Assembly (NCBI GenBank): GCA_036274695.1
Contig: DASUFF010000141.1
Span: forward strand, 3,123-67,122
Reading direction: 5' to 3'
From: a bacterium
GTDB taxonomy: Bacteria; UBA10199; JACPAL01; GCA-016699445
Length of the DNA: 64,000 nucleotides
Under the pieces are notes generated by a model. That model saw only the letters and a program-made list of their open reading frames with translations. It was not told the origin of the DNA and did not search any database. A program made the position numbers and the translations under genes. Within the stretch, counting starts at the first letter, position 1; the number at the start of each line of letters is the position of its first letter. This document shows positions 10,811 through 21,199 of this stretch, piece after piece.

Positions 10811-10893
10811 GAGACCCTCCTTGTTTTGTTGGGTTGCAGGATAGCGCGATACGAAAGCGATGAACATGACGAATATCAGGAACGGCGGGAGAA

Positions 10894-11154
10894 TCAGGCA
10901 GGCATTTTTTCCGCCAGGTAATCGACGATGCGATCGATCGTGTCGAGTCCGGCGTAATCCGCCTCGGGAACGTTGACCCCGAGGTCTTCGTAAAGGCGCG
11001 AGACGAAGCGCAAAAAATCCACCGAGTCGATCTCCGTTTGCTCGCGCAGCGAGAGATCGGGTCTTAGGGCCTTCGCGTCGATCTCGGGGGCGATGTCGCT
11101 TAAGTAAGAGAGGACCTTGGCGCGGATCTCGTCGGCGGTGAGGACAGGGCTCAT
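10894..11154 (-). CDS. Acyl carrier protein (phosphopantetheine-binding)
   Basis: 86 aa from internal M (MSPVLTADEIRAKVLSYLSDIAPEID..); Ser-containing motif EIDSVDFLRF; ATGA overlap with the E2 catalytic gene at 11151-11154. Confidence 0.75.
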   Translation of the reverse strand: MSPVLTADEIRAKVLSYLSDIAPEIDAKALRPDLSLREQTEIDSVDFLRFVSRLYEDLGVNVPEADYAGLDTIDRIVDYLAEKMPA

Positions 11155-11813
11155 CGGCCGGTCTCCAAGGTTTGAGGGGATTGGAGGAGCTTGGCCATAG
11201 CGTTCAGGAAGGCGGCGCCCTTCAGGCCGTCCGAGACGCGGTGGTCGGCGGCGAGCGTCGCCGAGACCACGCGGTGGGGCACCTCCCGAATCCGTCCGAA
11301 CCCCACCAGGGCCACTTGCGGAGGATAGATGAGGCCGAAGACGCGGTCGCATCCCTCGTCGCCCAAGCTCGTCACGGTGATCGTCGGGTCCGTCAGTTCC
11401 GAACCCCTCAACCGGCCCGATCGGACGCGGGTGACCAAGTCCGTGAGGGCGCGGGCGATCTCGGAAAGGGATTTTTCCTGGACGTCGTGAAGGGCGGGGG
11501 CGAGCAGGCCGCCGCCGCGGAGGGCGACGACGACGCCGGTATGGACCGATTCGGCGGGACGAAAGGCGCCGTCGACGTAGCGGCCGTTCATCTCGGGGAA
11601 AGACTTCGCCGCGAAGGCGAAGGCCTTGAGGAACAAGACCACCGGCAAAAGCCGGTCCGGCGGGGCGCGGCGGGCGTTCTCCTCGGCGAGCCAGTTCAAG
11701 GCCGCGTCCATGGGGACGGTCGTTTCGAGATAATAGTGGGGGATCTCGCGATGCGACTTCTCCATGGCGGCGGCTATGGCCCGGCGCATGTTGAGGGACT
11801 TGTCGTCCGTCAT
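11151..11813 (-). CDS. 2-oxoacid dehydrogenase E2 catalytic (acyltransferase) domain protein, no lipoyl domain
   Basis: [28 protein letters not shown]... and the catalytic motif DHRVSDG; its start overlaps the lipoyl-protein stop (TCATGA). Confidence 0.8.
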   Translation of the reverse strand: MTDDKSLNMRRAIAAAMEKSHREIPHYYLETTVPMDAALNWLAEENARRAPPDRLLPVVLFLKAFAFAAKSFPEMNGRYVDGAFRPAESVHTGVVVALRGGGLLAPALHDVQEKSLSEIARALTDLVTRVRSGRLRGSELTDPTITVTSLGDEGCDRVFGLIYPPQVALVGFGRIREVPHRVVSATLAADHRVSDGLKGAAFLNAMAKLLQSPQTLETGR

Positions 11814-12052
11814 GAATCCTCCCGGATCAAGGCGAGGAGCTTTCCCACCGGCAGCCAGTCTTCCCCCGGTTCGACCAAAATCTTGTCGACGACGCCGTTT
11901 CGAAAGACCTCGACGTCCACCGCCGACTTGCGCGTCTCGATCGTCGCGATGATGTCGCCCTTCTTCACGCGGTCGCCCGGCTTGACCTTCCACTCCACCA
12001 GCTTGGCGTCCTGCATGTCGGCGCCCAAGGACGGCAGCTTGAACTCATACAT
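11810..12052 (-). CDS. Stand-alone lipoyl (biotinyl/lipoyl attachment) domain protein
   Basis: 80 aa: [48 protein letters not shown].. with the conserved lipoyl-Lys context. Confidence 0.75.
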   Translation of the reverse strand: MYEFKLPSLGADMQDAKLVEWKVKPGDRVKKGDIIATIETRKSAVDVEVFRNGVVDKILVEPGEDWLPVGKLLALIREDS

Positions 12053-13058
12053 GGCGAAGGGCCTTTCTTGCGGCCGCGACGATCGTTTCGACCTGGGGAA
12101 GGGCCGCGTCCTCCAGGTGCTTGGCGTAAGGGAGCGGGACTTCGACGGTGCAGACTCTTTCCACCGGGGCCTTCAGGGAGGCGAAGGCGCCTTCCATGAT
12201 CCGCGCCGAGATCTCCGCCGAAAGGCTTCCGCTCCGCCAGCCTTCGTCGACCACCACCGCCCGCCCGGTCTTCCGGACGGTCTTCAAAATCGTCTCCGTG
12301 TCCAGGGGCCGCAGGACGCGAAGATCGACGACTTCCGCGGCGATGCCTTCCTTTTGAAGTTCGTCGGCGGCCGCGAGCGCCTTGAAGAGCATCGCGCCGT
12401 AGGCGACGAGGCTCAAGTCCTTTCCTTCGCGACGGACCGCGGCGCCGGTGATCGGCACGAGGCCCGCGTTCTCGGCGATCTCTCCGGTCCTATTGTAGAG
12501 GCTCGCGTGTTCGAAGATGAGCGTCGGGTCGGGGTCGAGGAGGGCCGAGCCGAGCATGCCGCGCGCGTCTTCCAAGACGGCGGGCGTCAAAATCTTCAGT
12601 CCCGGGATGTGTGCGTACCAGCCTTCGAGGCTGTGGGAATGCTGGGCGGCGAGCTGGCGTCCCGCGCCCGTGGCCATGCGGACGACGAGGGGCACGCTCA
12701 ACTGTCCGCCCGACATGTGGCGGACCGTCGCGGCCACATTCATGATCTGATCCAGACAGAGCAGGCTGAAATTGACCGTCATGACCTCGACGATGGGGCG
12801 CATGCCTCCAAGGGCCGCGCCGATGCCGGCGCCCACGAAGGCCGATTCCGAGAGCGGTGTGTCCCGGATCCGTTCGGGCCCGAATTCCTTCAAAAATCCC
12901 AGGCTCACGGCGTAACTCCCGCCGTAGCGGCCCACGTCCTCGCCCATGAGGAAGACGCGCGGGTCGCCCAAGAGGGCCTCCCGGTGCGCGGCGCGCAAGG
13001 CCTCGCGGTAGGTGGTGGCCGCTTTCTTAGCCGGTGATGTGGGGCGTGACGACGTCAC
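12045..13058 (-). CDS. 2-oxoacid (pyruvate/acetoin-type) dehydrogenase E1 component beta subunit
   Basis: ..[33 protein letters not shown].., with transketolase-like Pyr and C-terminal domains. Confidence 0.9.
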   Translation of the reverse strand: MTSSRPTSPAKKAATTYREALRAAHREALLGDPRVFLMGEDVGRYGGSYAVSLGFLKEFGPERIRDTPLSESAFVGAGIGAALGGMRPIVEVMTVNFSLLCLDQIMNVAATVRHMSGGQLSVPLVVRMATGAGRQLAAQHSHSLEGWYAHIPGLKILTPAVLEDARGMLGSALLDPDPTLIFEHASLYNRTGEIAENAGLVPITGAAVRREGKDLSLVAYGAMLFKALAAADELQKEGIAAEVVDLRVLRPLDTETILKTVRKTGRAVVVDEGWRSGSLSAEISARIMEGAFASLKAPVERVCTVEVPLPYAKHLEDAALPQVETIVAAARKALRHV

Positions 13059-13998
13059 GGATCAAATCCTCCACGGGTTCGAGGGTGCCTTCCTCGGCGT
13101 ATTTCACGGATGCTTCGATCTCCGCGTCGATTTTCTTCTTCATAGCGGCCGACGCGGCCTCATCGAGCCAGCCCTGCATTTTGAGAAAAGTCTCGAAGGC
13201 CGGCAGCGGGTCTTTTTTCTTCCACTCCTCGATCTCTTTTTTATCCCGGTACAGGTCCGGGTCGAACATCGAGTGGGCGCGGAACCGGTAGGTGCGGCAT
13301 TCCAGAAAATACGGCCGCGCTTCTTCGCGGACGACGCGGATCGCCTTTTCCGCGGCCTCCGCCACGGCAAGCGGGTCCATGCCGTCCACCGTTGCCGCTT
13401 CCACATGATAGCTCCGCGCCTTGAGCAATAGATCGACTTCCGCCTCCGAGCGGTCGATGCGCGTGCCCATCGCGTAGAGATTGTTTTCGCAGAGAAAGAG
13501 GACGGGGAGCTCCCACAGAGCGGCCAAGTTCATCGATTCATGAAACTCGCCCTCCGCCATGGCGCCTTCGCCGAAGAAACAGGCGGTGACGTTTTTCCGC
13601 CCCTGCATCCGGTCGGCCAAGGCGAGTCCCGTGGAAAGGGGCAAGCCCCCGCCGACGATGGCGTTGCCGCCGTAGAAGCGGCGTCCGGCGTCGTAGAGAT
13701 GCATCGAGCCGCCGCGCCCCTTGCTGCAGCCTTCGATCTTGCCGAACATTTCCGCCATGACGGCGTCCATGGGCGTTCCGCGCACCAAGATGTGCCCGTG
13801 CTCGCGATAGGTGGCGACGATCGCGTCCTCCGGTCGGAGCTGGGGAATGATCGCGGAGGCGACCGCCTCTTCGCCGATATAAAGGTGGAGAAAACCGCGG
13901 ATCTTGGATTCCGTATAAAGCTCGGCGCAGCGTTCTTCGAACCGGCGAATTCGGGTCATCTGGCGGAAGATCTCCAGGCAGGAGGCGCGGCCCCTCAT
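13027..13998 (-). CDS. 2-oxoacid dehydrogenase E1 component alpha subunit (TPP-binding)
   Basis: 323 aa from internal M ([22 protein letters not shown]..); TPP motif [31 protein letters not shown]; start overlaps the ACS stop (ATGA at 13995-13998) and is preceded by GGAGG. The long upstream extension in the ORF track is shadow. Confidence 0.85.
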   Translation of the reverse strand: MRGRASCLEIFRQMTRIRRFEERCAELYTESKIRGFLHLYIGEEAVASAIIPQLRPEDAIVATYREHGHILVRGTPMDAVMAEMFGKIEGCSKGRGGSMHLYDAGRRFYGGNAIVGGGLPLSTGLALADRMQGRKNVTACFFGEGAMAEGEFHESMNLAALWELPVLFLCENNLYAMGTRIDRSEAEVDLLLKARSYHVEAATVDGMDPLAVAEAAEKAIRVVREEARPYFLECRTYRFRAHSMFDPDLYRDKKEIEEWKKKDPLPAFETFLKMQGWLDEAASAAMKKKIDAEIEASVKYAEEGTLEPVEDLIRDVVTPHITG

Positions 13999-15725
13999 TT
14001 GGCCTCCTCGAGGGTGGAGAGGTCGCCTTCGGGGAGGCCCAGCTCGCGGGCCTTCAAGAGGCGTCTCAAGATCTTTCCGCTCTTGGTCTTCGGGAGGTCC
14101 TTGATGAAGTCGATCTCTTTGGGGGCGACGGCGGGCCCGAGACGGCGCCGTGCGAATCCCAAAAGGTCTTTCCGCAGGTCTTCGGTTTCGGCGACGCCGG
14201 GCTTGAGGCTCACGAAGGCCTTCACGACGGCGCCGATCACGGGATCGGGTTTGCCGATGACGCCGGCTTCGGAGACGGACGGATGTTCCATGAGGGCGCT
14301 CTCCACCTCGAAGGGCCCGATCAAATGGCCGGCCGATTTGATGACGTCGTCGGAGCGGCCGACGAACCAATAGTACCCGTCCGCATCCCGGCGCGCCAGG
14401 TCGCCGGTGAAGTACCAGCCGTCGGCGAAACATTTTCGATACCTCTCGTCCTCGTTCAAATACCCGCGGAACATGGAAGGCCATCCGGTTTTCAAGACCA
14501 GTTCGCCCTGGGCGCCCGCTTCTTCGACGATCTCGGCCCGCCCGTCTTCCGAGCGGCGCGCGACGGCGGCGGCGATGCCGGGCAGGGGACGGCCCATCGA
14601 GCCGGGGCGGATGTCCATGGACGGAAAGTTCGCGATCATGATCCCGCCGGTCTCCGTCTGCCACCAGTTGTCGTGGATCGGGAGCCCGAAGGCGTCGAGG
14701 CCCCACAGCACGGCCTCGGGGTTCAGGGGCTCGCCGACGCTCGCGATGAAACGGAGTTTCGAGAGATTTCGCCGTTTCGGCAGATCCGTCCCTCCGCGCA
14801 TCATCATGCGGACGGCCGTGGGAGCCGTGTACCAGACGGTGACGCCTCGTTCTTCGAGGACGCGGTACCAGCGGTCGGCGTCGAATTCGCCCTCGTCCAC
14901 GATCAACCTCACGCCGTTGGTGAGAGGAGAAATGATTCCGTAGGAGGTGCCGGTGACCCAGCCGGGATCGGCGGTGCACCAGAAGACGTCGTCGTCGTGA
15001 AAATCGAGGGCGAGCAGGCCGGTCGCGTGATGGGCGACGACGGCTTCGTGCACATGGACGGCGCCCTTGGGCCGTCCGGTCGTTCCGCTGGTGAAGTGGA
15101 GGAGGGCCATATCCTGCGGATCGGTCGCGGGGATGTCGAATTCGGGGGATGCGGCGGTCAGGAGTTTTTCCCAGGCGGGACCGGTCAGGACCACCTCGCG
15201 GAGGGCGGGGAGATCGCCGCGGATCGCCGCCACTTTGCGTTCGTAGAAGGTCTCCGTCGTGACGAGGATCTTTCCCTCGCCCAGTTGAAGGCGCGTCTTC
15301 AAAGGCTCCGGGCCGAAAGCCGAGAAAAGAGGACAGAACACGGAGCCGTTTTTCAGGGCGCCCAGGAAGGCGATATAAAGTTCCGGCGTCCGGCCGAGGA
15401 GGGTGAAGACGCGGTCGCCTTTTCCGATGCCGAGATTTTTTAGGACGTCGGCGAATCGGTTGGATGCTTGATCGAGGGCCTTGTAGGTCCAATCTTCGAC
15501 GCGTCCGTCTTTTCTTAAGAAAATGATCGCGGTTCGGTCGGCTTTGGGGCCTCGAGCGTGGCGGACGACGGCTTCGTGGGCGATGTTGAGTCCGCGGCCT
15601 CCGGGAAGTCCGTCCAGAAGCGTCCTTGCCTTGTCCCAGGAAAAGTCGCGGACCGATTCTTCATAGGAAAAGAGATTGGGCCGGATTCTCCACGTGCAGG
15701 GATCCTTGAGAATCGGCCTGGTCAT
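13995..15725 (-). CDS. AMP-forming acyl-CoA synthetase (acetyl-CoA synthetase family)
   Basis: 576 aa from internal M (MTRPILKDP..); motifs [10 protein letters not shown], YGxTE-like, and the [23 protein letters not shown] hinge. Confidence 0.85.
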   Translation of the reverse strand: MTRPILKDPCTWRIRPNLFSYEESVRDFSWDKARTLLDGLPGGRGLNIAHEAVVRHARGPKADRTAIIFLRKDGRVEDWTYKALDQASNRFADVLKNLGIGKGDRVFTLLGRTPELYIAFLGALKNGSVFCPLFSAFGPEPLKTRLQLGEGKILVTTETFYERKVAAIRGDLPALREVVLTGPAWEKLLTAASPEFDIPATDPQDMALLHFTSGTTGRPKGAVHVHEAVVAHHATGLLALDFHDDDVFWCTADPGWVTGTSYGIISPLTNGVRLIVDEGEFDADRWYRVLEERGVTVWYTAPTAVRMMMRGGTDLPKRRNLSKLRFIASVGEPLNPEAVLWGLDAFGLPIHDNWWQTETGGIMIANFPSMDIRPGSMGRPLPGIAAAVARRSEDGRAEIVEEAGAQGELVLKTGWPSMFRGYLNEDERYRKCFADGWYFTGDLARRDADGYYWFVGRSDDVIKSAGHLIGPFEVESALMEHPSVSEAGVIGKPDPVIGAVVKAFVSLKPGVAETEDLRKDLLGFARRRLGPAVAPKEIDFIKDLPKTKSGKILRRLLKARELGLPEGDLSTLEEAK

Positions 15726-17008
15726 GGCCCGGACTTTCCGGCCGTCAGATAGAGGCGGAACCATTCCGCCGCCAGTCGTGCGGCTTCCTCCAACTTGCCC
15801 GGCTCCTCGAAGAGGTGCGTGGCGTTGGGGACGACGGCCAAGTCCTTGACGCCGCGCAGGGCGGCATAAGCGCTCTCGTTCATTTCGATCACGGCCTCGT
15901 CCCATCCGCCGACGATCAGCAGCGTCGCGGCCTTTACGCGCGAAAGCATCGGCATCGCCAGGTCCGGCCGGCCGCCCCGGGAGACGACGGCGCGGATCTT
16001 GTGGCCCATCTCGGCCGCGGCGATCAAGGCGGCCGCGGCGCCGGTCGAGGCTCCGAAGTAGCCGATCGGCAGACCGGCGACCTCCGGGCGCTTTTCCAGC
16101 CACTCCGTCGCCGTCGCGAGACGGCGGGCGAGCAGCGGGATGTCGAAACGGTTTTCATACGTGTCGTCTTCCGCGGGGGTCAGGAGATCGAAGAGGAGGG
16201 TCGCGAAACCCGCCTTGTGCAGGATGTCCGCGACGTACCGGTTTCGCGGGCTCAAGCGGCTGCTCCCGCTTCCGTGGGCGAAGAGGATGATGCCGTGCGC
16301 CTTCGGAGGGACCGTCAAGTTTCCGGGGAGGAGATGGCCGTCGACGGGGATGGCGACTTCCGGGTCTTCAGCGTCGCCGGAGGCGGCCTCTTTCAGGAGG
16401 GCGACGACCTCCTCGTCTTCCACTTGCCCGAAATCCTCGAAGAACTGGCCGACGGCGTAGAAGTCCCGCGGCGTCTCCAGGCAGACCACCTGATCGGCGT
16501 AGGGGCGGATCTTATCGACGTTCGACGGGGGAGCGACGGCCGCGGCGGCGATGAGGCGCGCCGGGTTTTTCTCGCGGACCGACTTCAGGGCCGCGATCAT
16601 CGTCGAGCCCGTGGCGATGCCGTCGTCGACCACGATGACGATCCGGCCCTTGGGGTCGACGGGGGGGCGGGCCTCGGTATAGCGCCGGCGCCGTTCCCGC
16701 AGGACCTCCAGCTGCTCGCGCTTCTCCCGATCGAGATAATCGCGGGAAACACCGAGCGCGCGGGCGTAATCGGTCAGGAAGGTGTGGCCGTGTTCGTCGA
16801 TCGAGCCGATCGCCAGCTCGGGTTGCATCGGGGCGCGGAGCTTCCGGACGAGCACCACGTCGGCCTCGCCCCCCAAGGCGTTCGCGATGACCCGCGCCAT
16901 GGGCACGGCCCCCCGGGGGATCGCCAGGACAAGCGGGTTTTTCCCGCGGTACCGGATGAGCTCGCGGGCGAGCAAGGAAGCGGCCTGTTCGCGGTTTTGA
17001 AACGTCAT
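15722..17008 (-). CDS. Phosphoribosyltransferase-domain / alpha-beta hydrolase (dienelactone hydrolase-like) fusion protein
   Basis: N-terminal PRTase motif [15 protein letters not shown]; C-terminal HGSGSS... hydrolase fold. Confidence 0.7.
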   Translation of the reverse strand: MTFQNREQAASLLARELIRYRGKNPLVLAIPRGAVPMARVIANALGGEADVVLVRKLRAPMQPELAIGSIDEHGHTFLTDYARALGVSRDYLDREKREQLEVLRERRRRYTEARPPVDPKGRIVIVVDDGIATGSTMIAALKSVREKNPARLIAAAAVAPPSNVDKIRPYADQVVCLETPRDFYAVGQFFEDFGQVEDEEVVALLKEAASGDAEDPEVAIPVDGHLLPGNLTVPPKAHGIILFAHGSGSSRLSPRNRYVADILHKAGFATLLFDLLTPAEDDTYENRFDIPLLARRLATATEWLEKRPEVAGLPIGYFGASTGAAAALIAAAEMGHKIRAVVSRGGRPDLAMPMLSRVKAATLLIVGGWDEAVIEMNESAYAALRGVKDLAVVPNATHLFEEPGKLEEAARLAAEWFRLYLTAGKSGP

Positions 17009-17247
17009 AAAGGGCCTTCGCGGCCTCCCTTAAGGCCGAGCAGGGACAGGATCAGAATGACGGCGTACATGACGAATCCGTAAACGCACACCGGCGGGCC
17101 GGGGATCGGGAAGGCCGCTTCGCCGCAGGAAACGCCTTCCATCCGAGACGCCGGACCGAAGAGTTCCTGGTATGAGAGATACCCCGAAAATAGGAGTCCG
17201 GCCACAGATACGCCCGCGATCGCTTTTAAAGTCGTTCGTATTTTCAT
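17005..17247 (-). CDS. Small membrane protein (80 aa, 2 TM, Cys pair), hypothetical
   Basis: MKIRTTLKAIAGVSVAGLLFSGYLSY...CGEAAFPIPGPPVCVYGFVMYAVILILSLLGL; ATGA overlaps on both sides (17005-17008 and 17244-17247). Confidence 0.5.
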   Translation of the reverse strand: MKIRTTLKAIAGVSVAGLLFSGYLSYQELFGPASRMEGVSCGEAAFPIPGPPVCVYGFVMYAVILILSLLGLKGGREGPL

Positions 17248-18203
17248 ACTTGAGTCTCCGTAAGGAATTTTCTCCGGTAGCCGGCGGCCGTTTTCGGACA
17301 ATGGCTCAACACGGCGCAGGGGGCATACCGGACGACTTGTTCCGCGACGCCCCCCATGAGAAAGCGCGCCAGGCCGGAACGGCTGTGGGTCGGGATGAGG
17401 ATTAAGTCCGATTTCATGTCGGCGGCCGCGCGGCAGATCTGGTCGGCCGCCGGGCCCATGGGCAGGCAGTAGGTCATTTCCAGCTTGGGGTGGGCCTCTT
17501 TTAACGCCTCGAGTTTCTCCGCGGCCTCTTTTTCCCGCGGGGAGATGCCGTCGACCAAGTCCTCGGGCAAGGGGTAGGGGGGAGGACGGACGGCGTGGGG
17601 CACGGGGGTGATGGCGTGAATCAGGCAGAACTGCAAAGGGAGGGCGGCGGCGAGCGTCTCCGCCAATGCGAACGTCTCCTCCTCGGGGCCCGCGAAGTCC
17701 ACCGGCAGCAGCACCGAACGGGGAGGCCACGCGGACGACCGGCGCGTCACCAGCACGGGCGACGGCGAGTGGCGGACGAGCTTTTCCGCCACGCTCCCCA
17801 TGAGAACGTGAGGGAGGTCGCTTACGCCCGCGGTTCCCATCACCACCAGATCCGGCGCGTCTTTTTCGACAGCCGATAAAAGCGCCGCCACCGGTTTTCC
17901 TTCGAGCACTTCGATCTCGACACCGGCCGCGAGGGTCTCGCACCGATCGGGTACGACGGCCTTGAAAGCCGCTTCGACCTGCGTCCGGATCCTCAAATCC
18001 GCTTCGTCGACCGTCCAGGAGTCCCCCTTCTCGGGCGACCACTCGAGGGTATGAACGACCTTGAGCCGCGAGCCGCAGAGGGCCGAAAGCCCGGCCGCCC
18101 ATTCCAAGGCCATGAAGCTCGTGCGCGAGAGGTCGCAAAGGCTGAGGATTCTTTCGAACACAATTCCGATTTTAGGAAATCGGAGGAAAAACGGCCATGA
18201 CAT
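17244..18203 (-). CDS. Universal stress protein, tandem domains
   Basis: Two Usp halves (..LVVMGTAGVSDLPHVLMGSVAE.. and ..ILIPTHSRSGLARFLMGGVAE..). The start is uncertain: ATG at 18203, or GTG at ~18161 giving the more Usp-like MFERILSL. Confidence 0.7.
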   Translation of the reverse strand: MSWPFFLRFPKIGIVFERILSLCDLSRTSFMALEWAAGLSALCGSRLKVVHTLEWSPEKGDSWTVDEADLRIRTQVEAAFKAVVPDRCETLAAGVEIEVLEGKPVAALLSAVEKDAPDLVVMGTAGVSDLPHVLMGSVAEKLVRHSPSPVLVTRRSSAWPPRSVLLPVDFAGPEEETFALAETLAAALPLQFCLIHAITPVPHAVRPPPYPLPEDLVDGISPREKEAAEKLEALKEAHPKLEMTYCLPMGPAADQICRAAADMKSDLILIPTHSRSGLARFLMGGVAEQVVRYAPCAVLSHCPKTAAGYRRKFLTETQV

Positions 18204-18261
18204 CGGCGAGACGGCGGCCTGATCTTCGTCAGGTTCGCGGTTTTCCGCGAGAGGAGTTCTT

Positions 18262-19044
18262 TTACGCGCCCGCCCTCGCGATGGTCTTCTTCAGGAGCAG
18301 GGAGAGGCCGAAGAGGAAGGCGTTGACCAGGATCATCGAAGGTCCCGCGGGGAAACCCGTTTGGCGATGCACCGACAGGCCGATCGCGCAGCTGGAGGCC
18401 CCGATGAAGAGGCTTCCGTAGGCGTATTGCCGCAGATTTCGGCTCACGTTTCTCGAGGCGGCGGCTGGGATGATCATCAACGCGCCGACCAAGAGCGTCC
18501 CCGTGACCTTCACTCCCAGCGAGACCACGGCCGCGATGGCCAGGAGGTAGAGCAGGTTGTATTTGCGGCCGGTGATTCCCTGGACGTGGGCCAGGTCCTC
18601 CGAAATGTTCAAGAGCATCATGCCCGGGTAGATGGATCGGACAAGAAGAAAAACGCCGAGAGAGATTAAGATGGAAAATACCGCCGCCGGCGGCGAGACC
18701 TTCGAGACGTCGCCAATCAAGCTTTCCAGCAATTCGGGCTCGGGGACGATCAGGAAACCGATGGCCAAGCTGGTGACGAAGGCGATGCCGATCAAGGTTT
18801 CCATCCCCAACGAGGTTTTTCCGCCCAACTGCCAGACGAGGAGGATTCCCAGGAGGACGAACAAAAAGGCGCCGAGGCTCGGGTCGAAATGGAAGGCCAG
18901 CCCCAACCCCAGCCCGGGCAGGGCGACGTGGCCGAGCGCGTCCCCCGCGAGCGCCATCCGCTTGCTGATCATGAGGGAGCCCAAGTAGCCGCCTACCGCC
19001 CCGACGGCGATACTGACGGCCAGGCTGGAAAGCGAGTCATCCAT
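18262..19044 (-). CDS. znuB: Metal (Zn/Mn) ABC transporter permease, ABC-3 family
   Basis: 260 aa polytopic membrane protein typical of ZnuB/TroC-like permeases. Confidence 0.75.
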   Translation of the reverse strand: MDDSLSSLAVSIAVGAVGGYLGSLMISKRMALAGDALGHVALPGLGLGLAFHFDPSLGAFLFVLLGILLVWQLGGKTSLGMETLIGIAFVTSLAIGFLIVPEPELLESLIGDVSKVSPPAAVFSILISLGVFLLVRSIYPGMMLLNISEDLAHVQGITGRKYNLLYLLAIAAVVSLGVKVTGTLLVGALMIIPAAASRNVSRNLRQYAYGSLFIGASSCAIGLSVHRQTGFPAGPSMILVNAFLFGLSLLLKKTIARAGA

Positions 19045-19726
19045 GGTCGTGTAGGAAATACTTGGTCCCCTTTCCGAAGACCTCCTGCAGATTGGCGGGC
19101 GTGAGGATCTCCGTCGGGGGGCCGAAGCAGATCATTTTTTTGTTGAGGCAGAGGATGTTCGTCGCCTGACGGTAGACGGCCGTCAGCTCGTGCGTGACCA
19201 GAAGGACCGTGAGCCGTCTCTCTTTCTGAACTTTTTGCAAAAGTTCGTAGACGGTCTCCTCGCCGCCGACGTCGATGCCGGCCATCGGCTCGTCGAAGAG
19301 GAGGGCATTGGGATCGCCTGCCAAGGCCCAGGCGATCAACACCCTTTGAAACTGGCCGGAGGAAATCTTCCCGATCTCCCTTTTTAGAAAAGAGGGATCT
19401 TCGATTCCGACCTGTTGCAAGACCTTCGCCGCTTCCGCCGGGCCGATGCGCTTCAATCCGAAAAATTCTTGCACGGTCACGGGCAAGTCCTTGTCGAGAG
19501 GCACCCGCTGCGGCACGTAGCCGATCACGACGTCCTCACTCCAAGTCACCTCTCCCCGATGCGGAAGAAGTCCGGCCAGTGCCTTCAAGAGGATCGTTTT
19601 GCCGGCCCCGTTCGGCCCCAAAATGACGAGTGTCTGGCCGCGGTCGACGCTGAAATCGATTCCTTCCAGAATCGGTTCGCCGTCCAAGGAGACGCTTAGG
19701 TTTTTGACCGTTAGAATTTTTCCCAT
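19037..19726 (-). CDS. znuC: Metal ABC transporter ATP-binding protein (ZnuC-like)
   Basis: C-terminal 229 aa of ORF 19037..20944 (MGKILTVKNLSVSLDGEPIL..GPNGAGKT..LSSGQFQRVLIA..LLFDEP); alternative start at 19738. The upstream 400 aa of that ORF is shadow. Confidence 0.8.
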   Translation of the reverse strand: MGKILTVKNLSVSLDGEPILEGIDFSVDRGQTLVILGPNGAGKTILLKALAGLLPHRGEVTWSEDVVIGYVPQRVPLDKDLPVTVQEFFGLKRIGPAEAAKVLQQVGIEDPSFLKREIGKISSGQFQRVLIAWALAGDPNALLFDEPMAGIDVGGEETVYELLQKVQKERRLTVLLVTHELTAVYRQATNILCLNKKMICFGPPTEILTPANLQEVFGKGTKYFLHDHG

Positions 19727-19747
19727 GCGCCGTGCCATAATAGCACA

Positions 19748-21199
19748 ATGAGGATCGAAGCCTTCAAAAACTCCGTGATCGAAACTCACATCTCGTGGAT
19801 CCTCCTGACCGGCCCGTTCGCCTACAAGATCAAGAAGCCGGTGAACTTGGGGTTCTGCGACTTCACCACCTTGGAGAAGCGTAAATTCTATTGCGAGGAG
19901 GAGTTGAGGCTCAATCGAAGGCTTGCGCCGGAGCTTTACGTAGAGATCGTTCCCGTCACGGGGACGGAAGACGCGCCGCGCCTGGGCGGGGACGGGCCGG
20001 TCATCGACTATGCGGTGAAGATGGTCCAATTCGACCAGGCCTGCCGCCTCGACCGCGTGCTCTCCGCCGGCGGCCTTTTGCCGGAGCACATGGATCAATT
20101 CGCGTCCCAGCTCGCGGCGTTTCACGGCGCCGTTCCGGCGGCCGCGCCGGAATCGCCTTACGGAAACGCGCAGTCGGTCGCCCGCACGGTCCTGGAAACG
20201 CTCGGGGATTTGGATTCTTTGGAAAATGCCTCCCTCGTCGCCGACCTTCGTTCGTGGTGCGGGTCGGAAGCCGTCCGCCTGAAGGAGGTTTTCGAGGCCC
20301 GGAAGGACGGCGGCTTCGTCCGCGAGTGCCACGGCGACGCGCATCTGGCGAATGCGGCTCTGATCGACGGACGGATCCGGATCTTCGACGCCATCGACTT
20401 CAATCCGGACCTGCGGTGGATCGACGTGATGAGCGAGACCGCCTTCGCCGCGATGGATTTGCAGGACCGCGGACGGCCGGACCTGGCCCGCCGTTTTTTG
20501 AACGCCTACCTGGAGCGCACCGGCGACTACGAAGGCCTGCGCGCCTTCCGCTTCTACGAAGTCTACCGCGCCCAAGTGCGCGCCAAGGTGGCGGCCATCC
20601 GCCTGTCGCAAGAGGGCCTCGCGCCCGCGGAGCGCGCGGAAATCCGGGCCGAGGCGGAGGGGTATCTGGCCCTCGCCTTGAAACTCACGCGTCCCGAGCC
20701 GCCCAAGCTGTCCATCACCTTCGGCGTGTCCGGCTCCGGAAAGACCCACGGGACGCAGAGGATTTTGGAGACGGAAGGGGCCGTCCGACTCCGCACCGAC
20801 GTCGAGCGCAAGCGCCTCTTCGGGATCGATCCCTTCGAGGGCACGCCGCCCTCGCGAAAAGAGGAAGTCTACGGAGCCGACGCCTCGCGGCGGGTCTACC
20901 GGCGGCTTTTGGATTTGAGCTGGATGCTTCTGTCCGAAGGTCATTCCCTCATCGTCGACGGAACTTTCCTAAAGAGGAGCGAGAGGGACGAGTTCCGCGC
21001 GCTTGCGGCCGCTCTGGCGGTCCCTTTCCGCATTCTATCCTTCGAGGCGCCGGACGACGTCCTGAAGCGGCGGGTTTCGGCACGCCGGGCGGCCGGCGCC
21101 GACGCTTCCGAGGCCGATTGGGAGATCGTCGAAAGGCAGAAGCGGCGGATGGAGCCTTTGACGCCCGACGAAAAGGGCGCGATGGAAGAAGGGGTATGA
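19748..21199 (+). CDS. Bifunctional APH-like kinase (protein-kinase fold) / P-loop (AAA-type) kinase fusion protein
   Basis: N-terminal Brenner motif HGDAHLANA and an IFDAIDF context; C-terminal Walker A GVSGSGKT. Confidence 0.75.
   Translation: MRIEAFKNSVIETHISWILLTGPFAYKIKKPVNLGFCDFTTLEKRKFYCEEELRLNRRLAPELYVEIVPVTGTEDAPRLGGDGPVIDYAVKMVQFDQACRLDRVLSAGGLLPEHMDQFASQLAAFHGAVPAAAPESPYGNAQSVARTVLETLGDLDSLENASLVADLRSWCGSEAVRLKEVFEARKDGGFVRECHGDAHLANAALIDGRIRIFDAIDFNPDLRWIDVMSETAFAAMDLQDRGRPDLARRFLNAYLERTGDYEGLRAFRFYEVYRAQVRAKVAAIRLSQEGLAPAERAEIRAEAEGYLALALKLTRPEPPKLSITFGVSGSGKTHGTQRILETEGAVRLRTDVERKRLFGIDPFEGTPPSRKEEVYGADASRRVYRRLLDLSWMLLSEGHSLIVDGTFLKRSERDEFRALAAALAVPFRILSFEAPDDVLKRRVSARRAAGADASEADWEIVERQKRRMEPLTPDEKGAMEEGV

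Noticed and set aside
13027-15492. 821-aa minus-strand ORF (and similar long N-terminal extensions at 3993..6569, 19037..20944, 28955..32038, 36182..37657)
   Set aside because: Only the C-terminal parts are real genes (E1 alpha, FtsX permease, ZnuC, P-type ATPase, NnrS). The upstream portions lie out-of-frame within neighbouring genes and are R/G/P-rich; internal starts with SD or ATGA coupling were chosen instead.
18204-18261. CGCGG-TTTT-CCGCG hairpin between znuB and the Usp operon as a rho-independent terminator
   Set aside because: The stem is short and is not followed by a U-run in the transcribed (minus) orientation, so it is not convincing.
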